Shown piece by piece: positions 9,901 to 18,472 of a DNA stretch of 64,000 nt; position 1 is the stretch's first letter, and each line of letters opens with the position of its first letter. A model generated the notes under the pieces. It was not told the origin of the DNA. It searched no databases and saw only the letters and a list, made by a program, of their open reading frames with translations. A program made the translations under genes and the position numbers. Origin of the DNA: Lachnospiraceae bacterium (lineage in GTDB: Bacteria > Bacillota > Clostridia > Lachnospirales > Lachnospiraceae); the NCBI GenBank assembly GCA_009774585.1, contig VSOA01000001.1, forward strand, positions 1,610-65,609. Direction: 5' to 3'.

Positions 9901-11178
9901 TCATCCCGGTTCTGAGATTCTGCTCACACCGACATAGATTTCCGAGATTTTATACCAGGTAGGATAATCCACGATACCGGATTGGGGCAGATTGAAAATA
10001 CGCTGGAAAGTACGCACTGCATTAGCGGTGTTTGTACCGTAGATGCCGTCTGCCGTGATGCGCGGGATTGCCGGATAATTCTGGGCGATGCGGTTGAGCT
10101 GCTGCTGGATCTGCAGCACTTTGTCGCCGGAAGCGCCGACACTTAAGTTGTAGCCGGGCCACGAGGAAGGAACGCCGGATACGGCTACGGCGGTGTTGAT
10201 ATACATATCGCTGCCATAATAGTAACGAATGATTTCGATAGGAGTATAGCCTTCGTCTCCAAGATATTTGGAACCCCATTGGCTTAAGCCGTCGCAGGTC
10301 ACGTTCTTCCCGTCGCAGTAAGATGTAAAGATGGGCTGACGTACGCCGGGGCGGGAGAGATAGTTGGCAAAAATGGAATCTACCAGTCTGTCTACGTTGG
10401 CATAGATATTCCTGCCGCGCATCCATTTCTGGTCATAGGCGGTGGAAGAGGTTATCGTGAAGTTGTAGCCTTGATTCCGATACCACTCTGTATAGACGCG
10501 GTTGAGCGTGAAGGACATGATGGCGAGCGTATTGGCATAGATGGCGTTTTCCGGCCAAGTGGCGTATATTTCCGATGAGACTACGTTTTTGATATAGTCG
10601 CGGTACTTCACATAATAATTGGAGGCGGTATAATCCGAGGGAACGCCGTCATGTACAATGATATATTCCGGAATGACGACACGGCTTAAGACGATCTCTC
10701 CGGATTCGTCCATGGGTTTGATTTCGTCTTCCGGAATTTTAGGCGGATAATCTCCGTAGAGAGTATGGTCAGGAATCACGATAGTCTCTTCCGGTTCCAG
10801 CGCTGTTTCAGTGGGAATCATTTCAATATTCTGTACGGCTGTCACATCGGGAAGCACTTCGACACCGGATACGGTTACCGGCTCGTAACCCTGCGCCGTG
10901 ATATTTAACGTATATTCCGCATAGGGCATGGGTGAGTTGGGGGTAAGACTGTATTCAAGGGGCGGAGCGTTTAGTGAAATGGTGTCGGTCTGACCGGAGG
11001 AATCGGTCGTCAGAGTTTCTAAGGTACTGTTTGGTTCACCGGTATAGGAAATGGTGATATTGGCGTTCTGTATCGGGATCAGACCTACATTGGCAGTCAC
11101 GTTGACCAGCAGTCTGCCCTGTTCAGTTCTTTCGGACTGCATACTTTTTAAGATAGGCTCTTCCATAAAAAACCTCAT
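9901..11178 (-). CDS. SleC-family spore cortex-lytic enzyme (short paralog, one PG_binding_1 domain)
   Basis: The N-terminal region looks like a carboxypeptidase-regulatory-type beta domain. The conserved core reads HTLYGDYPPKIPE...PEYIIVHDG...YIKNVVSSEIYATWPE...NRVYTEWYRNQGYNFTITSSTAYDQ. The C-terminal peptidoglycan-binding repeat reads DGIYGTNTANAVRTFQRIFNLPQSG. It closely resembles clostridial SleC as I recall it. Confidence 0.7.
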   Translation of the reverse strand: MRFFMEEPILKSMQSERTEQGRLLVNVTANVGLIPIQNANITISYTGEPNSTLETLTTDSSGQTDTISLNAPPLEYSLTPNSPMPYAEYTLNITAQGYEPVTVSGVEVLPDVTAVQNIEMIPTETALEPEETIVIPDHTLYGDYPPKIPEDEIKPMDESGEIVLSRVVIPEYIIVHDGVPSDYTASNYYVKYRDYIKNVVSSEIYATWPENAIYANTLAIMSFTLNRVYTEWYRNQGYNFTITSSTAYDQKWMRGRNIYANVDRLVDSIFANYLSRPGVRQPIFTSYCDGKNVTCDGLSQWGSKYLGDEGYTPIEIIRYYYGSDMYINTAVAVSGVPSSWPGYNLSVGASGDKVLQIQQQLNRIAQNYPAIPRITADGIYGTNTANAVRTFQRIFNLPQSGIVDYPTWYKISEIYVGVSRISEPG

Positions 11179-11194
11179 AGTAATCTCTTCCTAA

Positions 11195-11221
11195 TATGGT
11201 ATGCACGAATTGATTAAAGGT
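11195..11221 (-). promoter_or_regulatory. Putative mother-cell (sigma-K/sigma-E type) promoter of SleC paralog 1
   Basis: The minus strand reads AC, then 16 nt, then CATACCATA. This matches the sigma-K pattern AC-N16/17-CATAnnnTA. It ends 17 nt before the GGAAGAG ribosome-binding site. Confidence 0.4.
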
Positions 11222-11250
11222 TGCACAGCCTGCTATATAAATGGTATAAT
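11221..11250 (+). promoter_or_regulatory. Putative sigma-A promoter (extended -10) of the four-gene operon
   Basis: TTGCAC (11221-11226), an 18-nt spacer, then TGgTATAAT (11242-11250). Confidence 0.5.
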
Positions 11251-11266
11251 TTTAATAACTATGTAA

Positions 11267-11284
11267 GAAAGAATTAATTCTTTC
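11267..11284. promoter_or_regulatory. Perfect 18-bp palindrome in the operon leader (candidate operator or 5'-UTR hairpin)
   Basis: GAAAGAATT|AATTCTTTC is a perfect 9+9 palindrome. It starts 17 nt downstream of the -10 and ends 23 nt upstream of the GTG start. Confidence 0.5.
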
Positions 11285-11306
11285 GGGAATATGAGGTTTA
11301 CGAGAC

Positions 11307-14300
11307 GTGAAACAGGTAATTGAAGAGATCTTAAACGGAAAATTTAATGCTGGTAACGGTTCTCTGGACTTTTCCTGTCCGCGTATTGAGCTGTCAACTC
11401 ATATTGACACGATTGTGGAGGATTTTTTCACGGTGTACGGTCCGGAAGGACGCATGACGGAAGGACATGTCATATCTTCCGATCTTCGTATGGAGTGTCT
11501 GACACAGACTTTTAGCGGAAATCAGGATGAAATTCACTACCGCTTTGACGCGCACGGTATGGAAATAGGTGAAGAAGTGAAAGGGGCTTTCAATGTGATT
11601 TCCAATCAGGGAGAATATTACCTTCCTTTTTCGGTAACGATTGTGCCCGAAATCATTGTATCGAGTCTGGGAAATATCAAGAATCTGTTTCACTTTACCA
11701 ATCTGGCTAAGAGCAACTGGGACGAAGCGGTTAAAATGTTCTATTCCGATGAGTTTAAACAGGTGTTTACCGGGAATGATAAACAACATTTTGCCGCCTA
11801 CCGCGGGCTGTCTGCCGTGAAGGGAAACGAGCACAACGTCGAGGAATTTTTGTTAGAGATCAATAAGAAAAAACCGGTCGAGTATATTACGGAAGAGACG
11901 TCGATCAAAATAGAGGATCCGCTTCAAACGACCCGATATGCACTTGTGGTCAACAGAAACGGGTGGGGGTATACGCATTTAAAGATTGAGACGGAGGGAG
12001 AGTTTTTGCGGGTCGAGGAAGATACTGCGACAGACTCTTCCTTTCTGGGAAATATTTACAGGGTCTATTACTATATAGATATAGAAAAACTGCATGCGGG
12101 GAATAATTACGGCGCCGTTCTGTTAGTGCAGGAGCATGGTGTGATCAGAATCCCGGTTACGGTCGTACTGCATATGACCGGCAGGAAGGCGCTCGGGCTT
12201 CACCGGGAAAAGGGCAGACTCACGGTGGAAATGATGGAATACTATCAGGCATTCCGTCTGAAGAAAATCAGCGTAGGGACATGGATGACTGAGACGAACA
12301 AGATCTTAAGTCGTATGATGGAACTGGATGATAAAGACATAACGCTCAGATTATTTCAGGCTCAGATTTTATTGACGGAAGAGCGTTACAACGAAGCCAG
12401 ATGGATGATTGAGAAAAACGAAGAGCAGGTGATGATAAAGCGCGAACAGCGACCAGAATTGTGGTGCTATTATCTGTACTTAACGACTTTGTACAGCAAA
12501 GACGAAGAGTATGTAGATGATGTGGCGGCGGAGGTGGCGGACGTCTATGAGAGAAACAGAGGAAATTGGCGTATTGCATGGCTTCTGATGTATTTATCTG
12601 AGGAGTATGTCAAGAATCCTTCACGAAAATGGGAACTTTTGGAAGAGTTATTCCGTTACCGCTGTACATCGCCGGTGATTTATATTGAAGCGTGGCATTT
12701 GCTGTGTGTAAATCCGTCCATGCTTTTGAAGCTGGATGCCTTTGAACAACAGATTCTTCTTTTTGCGGTGAAGAGCGGTCTTATGAAAGAAGAAATTGTT
12801 ATGCAGATCGTATATCTGGCGCAGAAGCAGAAAGTATATTCTGACAGTGTCTTTAAGATTTTAAAGGGCTGTTATGAGATGAATCACAGGAGTGATATTC
12901 TTCATGCGGTCTGCACGCTGCTCATCAAAGGAAACCGTTACGGCGAGGCATACTTTGAATGGTATCGCGCGGGAGTGGAGGAGAACCTTCGGATCACACG
13001 GTTATATGAATATTATATGATGTCCATTTCACTGGAATATAGCGGTCCGCTGCCTAAGATGATTTTGATGTATTTTGCGTATCAGAGCGATCTGCATTAT
13101 GAGATAACGGCATATTTGTATGCTTATGTACACCGCCACAGGGAAGAAATACCGGATATTTATGTAAACTATTCGGCGGCTATAGAGCGGTTTGTGACGG
13201 AGCAGATCAGAAGGGGAAGAATCAATAAGGATTTGGCTTATCTGTATCGTAATCTGGTCAGTCTGCCTATGATTGATGAGGAAAGCGCAGGGCAGCTCGT
13301 ATCTCTTCTCTTTATGCGGGAGATAAGAGTGGCATCCGATAAGGTGAAAGAAGCAGTGCTTGTATATCCTTATGGAGTGGGAGAGTATGTATATCCCGTA
13401 CATGACGGCAGAGCGCAGGTGCCCGTCTATGATTCAGACTGCAAGCTTTTGCTGGATGACGGAGAGGGAAACCGGTATACGGTGAGTATAGATTACAGTA
13501 TGGAGATGCTGCTTAGTCCTGCCAAACTGGCATTGATGGCGGCGCCTTTCGTGCGGGAGGATTTCGGCTATGCAATCTATGCATGCTTTGAATATCAGAA
13601 GACTTTCAACGTGCGGGATGACAATGCGGATTTTGTGCGTCTTCTATCCGGATCCGAACGGATTGCGGAGACGACGAAGCGTGAAATGCGGATGATGCTG
13701 GTACATTTTTATTATGAAAAGGACCGGATGCGAGAGCTGGATGATTATCTGTTGGAGCTTAGGCCGGAGGACATTTCCCGAAGTGACCGCAAAGAAATGA
13801 TACGATATATGGTAATACGCGGGATGTATGAGGAAGCATATAACTGGGTATGCCGTTTCGGACCATACGGTGTGGACACTAAGGTTTTGGCAAAACTGAG
13901 CAGCAGACTGCTGGACGAAGAGCAGACAGGGGAAGATCCTGTTATGACAGGCATCCTGTTCTATGTGATGAAGAAGGGTAAGTACGATGAGAATATATTG
14001 AAATATCTGATCAGGTATTTGAACGGCAGCATGAAAGACATGCGGGATTTATGGAAGGCGGCGCAGGATTTTGGCGTAGATACATATGCACTTTGTGAGC
14101 GCATGTTGATTCAGATGCTGTACACAGGAGCGCATGTGGGGGAGAAAATGGAAATCTTCCGTACATACAGTAAAGGTATCGGTAATGAAAGAATGATGGC
14201 GGCGTTTTTATCCCAGTGCTGCTATGATTATGCGATAGAAGGACATATTACGGAACCCTATATTTTCCGCAGCGTGCTGCGATTGAATCAAGAAGAAGTT

Positions 14301-14870
14301 GCGCTTCATCCGGTGTGCAAGATAGCTTGTCTGCAATATTATGCGGAAGAGAAACAAGAGCAGGATGATATGGCGAGAGCTGCATGCTGCAGTTTCCTGA
14401 AAAGTCTTCTGGATGATCAGATTGTGCTGCCGGTATACAAAGAGTATCAGGGTTTCATACCTCAGATGGACGAGTATCAGGATAAGACAATCGTGGAATA
14501 CCGGACGAAGCCCGGATGCAGGGCGGTAATCCACTATGTGATACAGAGCGAAGAGAATACGGAGAATGAGTATTGTAAAGAAGAGATGAAAGATATGTTT
14601 GCAGGAATCTGCGTTAAGGAGTTTATCTTATTCTTCGGTGAACGGCTTCAGTTCTATATCACTGAGGAATCAGAAGGAAACGAGCAGCTTACGAAGAGCG
14701 GTACGATCAATAAGAGCGATATTGCGCAAGAGAGTTTTGAGAGTAGATTTACAATGCTGAACGATATTATGATCGGTAAGACATTGCATGATTATGATAC
14801 GGTGGACGGTCTGCTTGGAGAATATTACAAACAGGATTTTCTGGTTGATAAAATATTCCGTATGCGCTAG
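11307..14870 (+). CDS. Large (1187 aa) cytoplasmic protein of unknown function: N-terminal beta-rich modules plus a long alpha-helical repeat region
   Basis: A long uninterrupted ORF with a GTG start. No signal peptide, TM segment or catalytic motif was recognised. The sequence is helix-rich and TPR/ARM-like from about residue 300. Confidence 0.8.
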   Translation: MKQVIEEILNGKFNAGNGSLDFSCPRIELSTHIDTIVEDFFTVYGPEGRMTEGHVISSDLRMECLTQTFSGNQDEIHYRFDAHGMEIGEEVKGAFNVISNQGEYYLPFSVTIVPEIIVSSLGNIKNLFHFTNLAKSNWDEAVKMFYSDEFKQVFTGNDKQHFAAYRGLSAVKGNEHNVEEFLLEINKKKPVEYITEETSIKIEDPLQTTRYALVVNRNGWGYTHLKIETEGEFLRVEEDTATDSSFLGNIYRVYYYIDIEKLHAGNNYGAVLLVQEHGVIRIPVTVVLHMTGRKALGLHREKGRLTVEMMEYYQAFRLKKISVGTWMTETNKILSRMMELDDKDITLRLFQAQILLTEERYNEARWMIEKNEEQVMIKREQRPELWCYYLYLTTLYSKDEEYVDDVAAEVADVYERNRGNWRIAWLLMYLSEEYVKNPSRKWELLEELFRYRCTSPVIYIEAWHLLCVNPSMLLKLDAFEQQILLFAVKSGLMKEEIVMQIVYLAQKQKVYSDSVFKILKGCYEMNHRSDILHAVCTLLIKGNRYGEAYFEWYRAGVEENLRITRLYEYYMMSISLEYSGPLPKMILMYFAYQSDLHYEITAYLYAYVHRHREEIPDIYVNYSAAIERFVTEQIRRGRINKDLAYLYRNLVSLPMIDEESAGQLVSLLFMREIRVASDKVKEAVLVYPYGVGEYVYPVHDGRAQVPVYDSDCKLLLDDGEGNRYTVSIDYSMEMLLSPAKLALMAAPFVREDFGYAIYACFEYQKTFNVRDDNADFVRLLSGSERIAETTKREMRMMLVHFYYEKDRMRELDDYLLELRPEDISRSDRKEMIRYMVIRGMYEEAYNWVCRFGPYGVDTKVLAKLSSRLLDEEQTGEDPVMTGILFYVMKKGKYDENILKYLIRYLNGSMKDMRDLWKAAQDFGVDTYALCERMLIQMLYTGAHVGEKMEIFRTYSKGIGNERMMAAFLSQCCYDYAIEGHITEPYIFRSVLRLNQEEVALHPVCKIACLQYYAEEKQEQDDMARAACCSFLKSLLDDQIVLPVYKEYQGFIPQMDEYQDKTIVEYRTKPGCRAVIHYVIQSEENTENEYCKEEMKDMFAGICVKEFILFFGERLQFYITEESEGNEQLTKSGTINKSDIAQESFESRFTMLNDIMIGKTLHDYDTVDGLLGEYYKQDFLVDKIFRMR

Positions 14871-14878
14871 GAGGCGGC

Positions 14879-16192
14879 ATGTTCTTAGAGAGGAAAGAAG
14901 AAGGCAAACTACATAAGGGGAGCGTTCTGGTCGGTTATGATCTGGGGGAGAAGTATTCGCAGATCAGTTATTACGTCTATGGAGAAGAAGACGCCGATAC
15001 GGTGGCAACCATCGTCGGAACGAAACAATATAATATCCCGACAATGTTATGCAAACGAGAGGGAATCAATCAGTGGTTTTACGGCAAAGACGCGGTTAGG
15101 AATGCTGAAGAAGAAGCGATGATTCCCGTGGAAGGGCTGTTAAAGCGCGCAAGAAAAGGCGAAGAGATTGAACTTGACGGGGAATCCTATGACCCGGTGG
15201 CGTTACTGACCTTGTTCCTAAAGCGCAGTATGACGCTGCTAAATTTTATTACTACGATAGAAAAAATCCATTCCATCATGTTTACGGTGGACGAACTGGA
15301 CGACAGGATGGTAGAGATACTGGCTCAGGCATCGGCAAACCTAGGATTAAAGACGCAGCAGATTTATTTTCAGAGCCATACGGAAAGCTTTTATTATTTT
15401 ATGCTGCACCAGCCGCCCGAACTATGGACTTATCAGGCGCTTGCCTGCGAGCATGACGGTATGCGGCTTAAGACATACCGCATGGAGTGCAATAAGCGTA
15501 CCACTCCGATTGTAGTGCTGATCGAGGAGCAGATTTATGACACGTTAGTGATTCCGGAAGATACGGAAGACGAAGAGGCGAAGCAGGGTGCCTATCGTCT
15601 GGCGGATGAGCGTTTTCTGGGAATATTGAAGCGGCTGTGCGAAGGCAGGATTGTTTCATCGGCATATTTATTGGGAGACGGTTTCCGGAACGAGTGGAAC
15701 GCACAATCTCTGCAATTTCTCTGCCATAATAGGAGAGTTTTTCAAGGAAACAATCTTTTTAGTAAGGGAGCATGTTACGGATTGTTGGAGAAGCTAGAAC
15801 CCAGCGAGGCGGGGAGCAGACATGTATTTCTCGGAAAGGACAAACTTAAATCCAATATAGGGATGAATGTTTTACGGCAGGGAAAGGAATCCTATTATGC
15901 GCTTCTGGATGCCGGAGAGAACTGGTATGAGGCGAGGAGAGAATGTGAATTCCTTTTGGCGGAGGAACGCGGGCTTGATTTTGTGATTACGCCGCTTACG
16001 GGTAAAAATATAGAGTTGCGGCAGATTACATTAACCGGAAGCGGCAAGAGTGGCGCGCCTTTCGCAAGATACCGGTTGAGTATGTCGATGAGCGCGCCGG
16101 AGACAGTACGGATTAAGGTGGAAGACTTAGGGTTTGGCGAGTTGTTTCCTTCAACGGAACAGATATGGGAACAGACTTTTGAACTGCCCTGA
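14879..16192 (+). CDS. Degenerate Hsp70/actin (ASKHA) fold protein of unknown function
   Basis: The start lies 8 nt after the upstream stop and follows AGGAGG. Motifs resembling phosphate-1, phosphate-2 and adenosine motifs occur in canonical order (VGYDLGEKYSQISY, CEHDGMRLKTY, YLLGDGFRNEW). The key catalytic residues are substituted. Confidence 0.75.
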   Translation: MFLERKEEGKLHKGSVLVGYDLGEKYSQISYYVYGEEDADTVATIVGTKQYNIPTMLCKREGINQWFYGKDAVRNAEEEAMIPVEGLLKRARKGEEIELDGESYDPVALLTLFLKRSMTLLNFITTIEKIHSIMFTVDELDDRMVEILAQASANLGLKTQQIYFQSHTESFYYFMLHQPPELWTYQALACEHDGMRLKTYRMECNKRTTPIVVLIEEQIYDTLVIPEDTEDEEAKQGAYRLADERFLGILKRLCEGRIVSSAYLLGDGFRNEWNAQSLQFLCHNRRVFQGNNLFSKGACYGLLEKLEPSEAGSRHVFLGKDKLKSNIGMNVLRQGKESYYALLDAGENWYEARRECEFLLAEERGLDFVITPLTGKNIELRQITLTGSGKSGAPFARYRLSMSMSAPETVRIKVEDLGFGELFPSTEQIWEQTFELP

Positions 16193-16228
16193 TGACAGGC
16201 GAAGATACGGAAAGGTGTGGCTGCGGTC

Positions 16229-17074
16229 ATGAGTCAGATTATTCTGGGGACAGGCACATATGCCTCGAAACCATACTATGTAGATAAATTTTATGTAAAC
16301 CTATACTCGATAGAAGAATTGTGTTATCTTCTGGTAGAGAAAGCAGAACTGTTAGATCAGGACTTGATGCAGCGTGAGCTGGTGCAATGGATTGACGAGC
16401 AGTGCGGGCTGAACGATTTGGCGCATACGCTCTATTCTCTGATGAATCAGAATGGTTCTGTCGTCGCCTTTGTGGGCACAATATTAGAATACGTGAATCT
16501 GTACCCGGAGGAAATAGTTGCCCAGACGGAACAGGTCGTCAAGAGCAACGAAGGTTTGAATCCATATGAGCGCAAAAAAGCGAAGGCGGATTATATGTTG
16601 CAGAATCGGAAATATTTCATGGCGCTTAAACAGTATTACAGTCTGCTTGAACAGATACCAGAGACGGACAAGACATTGCGCAGTGCAGTTTTTCATAATA
16701 TGGGAGTGACATGCGCCGGGATGTTTATGTTCGTGCAGGCATCAGAATGGTTTATGCGGGCATGGGTACAAGACAGGAGCGATGAAAGTCTCGAGATGTA
16801 TCTTACATCACTGCGCATGCATTATGAAGATAAAGAGTACATTACCTTTATTACGGATCATCCTGAATATCATGACGCATCGCTTAAGGTAGAGCGACGG
16901 ATGAATCAGGCGTTAGGACAATTTGAGGGAACAGATGAGAATCGTATGCTGTTTACGCTTCAGGTGTTTAAGGAGGAAGGAAGCAGCACAGGAGGAAGCG
17001 ACGTACAGTATTATCAGGAAATCGAGAAACTGACAGTCAGATTAAAAGAGCAGTACCGGGAATATGTGTCCTAA
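16229..17074 (+). CDS. Hypothetical helical (TPR-like) protein
   Basis: This ORF is the third gene of the operon. The ATG at 16229 is preferred, and the GTG at 16217 is an alternative. The sequence is all-helical with no recognised motif. Confidence 0.7.
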   Translation: MSQIILGTGTYASKPYYVDKFYVNLYSIEELCYLLVEKAELLDQDLMQRELVQWIDEQCGLNDLAHTLYSLMNQNGSVVAFVGTILEYVNLYPEEIVAQTEQVVKSNEGLNPYERKKAKADYMLQNRKYFMALKQYYSLLEQIPETDKTLRSAVFHNMGVTCAGMFMFVQASEWFMRAWVQDRSDESLEMYLTSLRMHYEDKEYITFITDHPEYHDASLKVERRMNQALGQFEGTDENRMLFTLQVFKEEGSSTGGSDVQYYQEIEKLTVRLKEQYREYVS

Positions 17075-17103
17075 AAAATATTTGAACGGAGACGGAGACG
17101 ACG

Positions 17104-18288
17104 ATGGGTTGGTTTAAGAATTTGATTAACAAGTTTCGGAGAAGTGATGAATCTGAGGCATTTGATGAAGGATGGGAGGACGAAGAGGTCTCTCATCAGA
17201 TAGATTATCATAATAAGGAACAGAGAAGCGATTATGTCAAAAACTGTCTTGAGCGGATGGCTGATGCTACCCGTGAGCTGGAAAACCTGACATTTGAATA
17301 TGATATGGTCACTTCATATCTGAAAGATATGGAGGAAATAGAGGCGCTTCCTCCGGAAGAGAGCGAACAGCTGAAAGAATGTGCTAAGCGTGTTTCCCTT
17401 CTGCAGGACAGCAAGGCCGACTTCATGGAACGCCCCCGTAGGATTAGTGATGAGAAATATCAACAGATAGAACGGATTGCCGATGAGGTGGAGGAAGGGT
17501 ATCAGAAACTGACCGAAACGGAAGAATATCAGGACTTGATCAGACAGGATTTAAACAGACTGGAAGGCGAGAAACATGCCTATCTGTATCGGAAGAATGA
17601 AGTGATGCACATCATATCGGATACGAGAGGTATGGCGTTTATTTGTGTGGCAGCGTTGGGATTATGCATTTTATTACTTCTGCTGTTACAGTTTTTCTTG
17701 GAAATGGATACGCAGGCGGGTTATCTGGTGACTGCTGCAGCGGCCGCCATTGCGATTACGGTGATTTATGTCAAACATGTGGATGCCAGAAAGGAGCTTC
17801 ATCGCGTAGAGACAGGAATCAATAAGATTATTCTGTTGCAAAATAAAGTAAAAATACGTTATGTCAATAATACGAATCTGTTAGACTATCTCTACTTGAA
17901 GTATGGGGTGTCCAGCGCACAGGAATTAATCGAACTGTGGGAGAATTATAAGATTGAGAAAGAAGAACGGGAGAAATTCAGGAGAGCAGAACTTGACCTT
18001 GATTATAATGAACAGGAACTTTTGCAGATTCTGAAGAGATATCAGATTAAAGATCCGGCAGTATGGCTGCATCAGACGGAGGCGATTTTAGACCATAAAG
18101 AAATGGTGGAGATACGTCATAATCTGATTATCAGGAGACAGTCCTTAAGACGCCGGATGGATTATAATAAAGAAGTCGTGGCGGGCGGTTCTCAGAAAGA
18201 GATCAAAGCGCTGGTGGAGAAGTATCCGCAGTATGCCAAGGAGATTATGGCGTCGGTGGAGGAATATGAGAAGAAATTTGCAAAATAG
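17104..18288 (+). CDS. Coiled-coil membrane-hairpin protein of unknown function
   Basis: The ribosome-binding site is GGAGACGGAGACG. Two adjacent TM helices (FICVAALGLCILLLLLLQFFL and GYLVTAAAAAIAITVIYV) are separated by a 6-residue loop. Long charged heptad-like regions flank the TM pair on both sides. Confidence 0.75.
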   Translation: MGWFKNLINKFRRSDESEAFDEGWEDEEVSHQIDYHNKEQRSDYVKNCLERMADATRELENLTFEYDMVTSYLKDMEEIEALPPEESEQLKECAKRVSLLQDSKADFMERPRRISDEKYQQIERIADEVEEGYQKLTETEEYQDLIRQDLNRLEGEKHAYLYRKNEVMHIISDTRGMAFICVAALGLCILLLLLLQFFLEMDTQAGYLVTAAAAAIAITVIYVKHVDARKELHRVETGINKIILLQNKVKIRYVNNTNLLDYLYLKYGVSSAQELIELWENYKIEKEEREKFRRAELDLDYNEQELLQILKRYQIKDPAVWLHQTEAILDHKEMVEIRHNLIIRRQSLRRRMDYNKEVVAGGSQKEIKALVEKYPQYAKEIMASVEEYEKKFAK

Positions 18289-18472
18289 AATGCTGACCGG
18301 TGTGACAGTTTTCGGGTAAGAGAAAAGGGAAAAGCAAACGAAGGGAATCCGTAAGCGGTTATACGAATGAGAGTATGCAGTGAATGCAGCTTCGCCCATG
18401 TCTGTGAATGTGGAAGATTCACAGAGAGCATGTATGGGTAGAACTGCATGAAAACGCAGGAGAGGATTCGGA

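Noticed and set aside
18289-18472. A possible purine, ZTP (pfl) or PRPP riboswitch upstream of purF.
   Set aside because: I could not find the conserved cores of these classes by eye, and there is no terminator or anti-terminator with a U-tract. Only a generic long hairpin is present, and that is reported separately at low interest.
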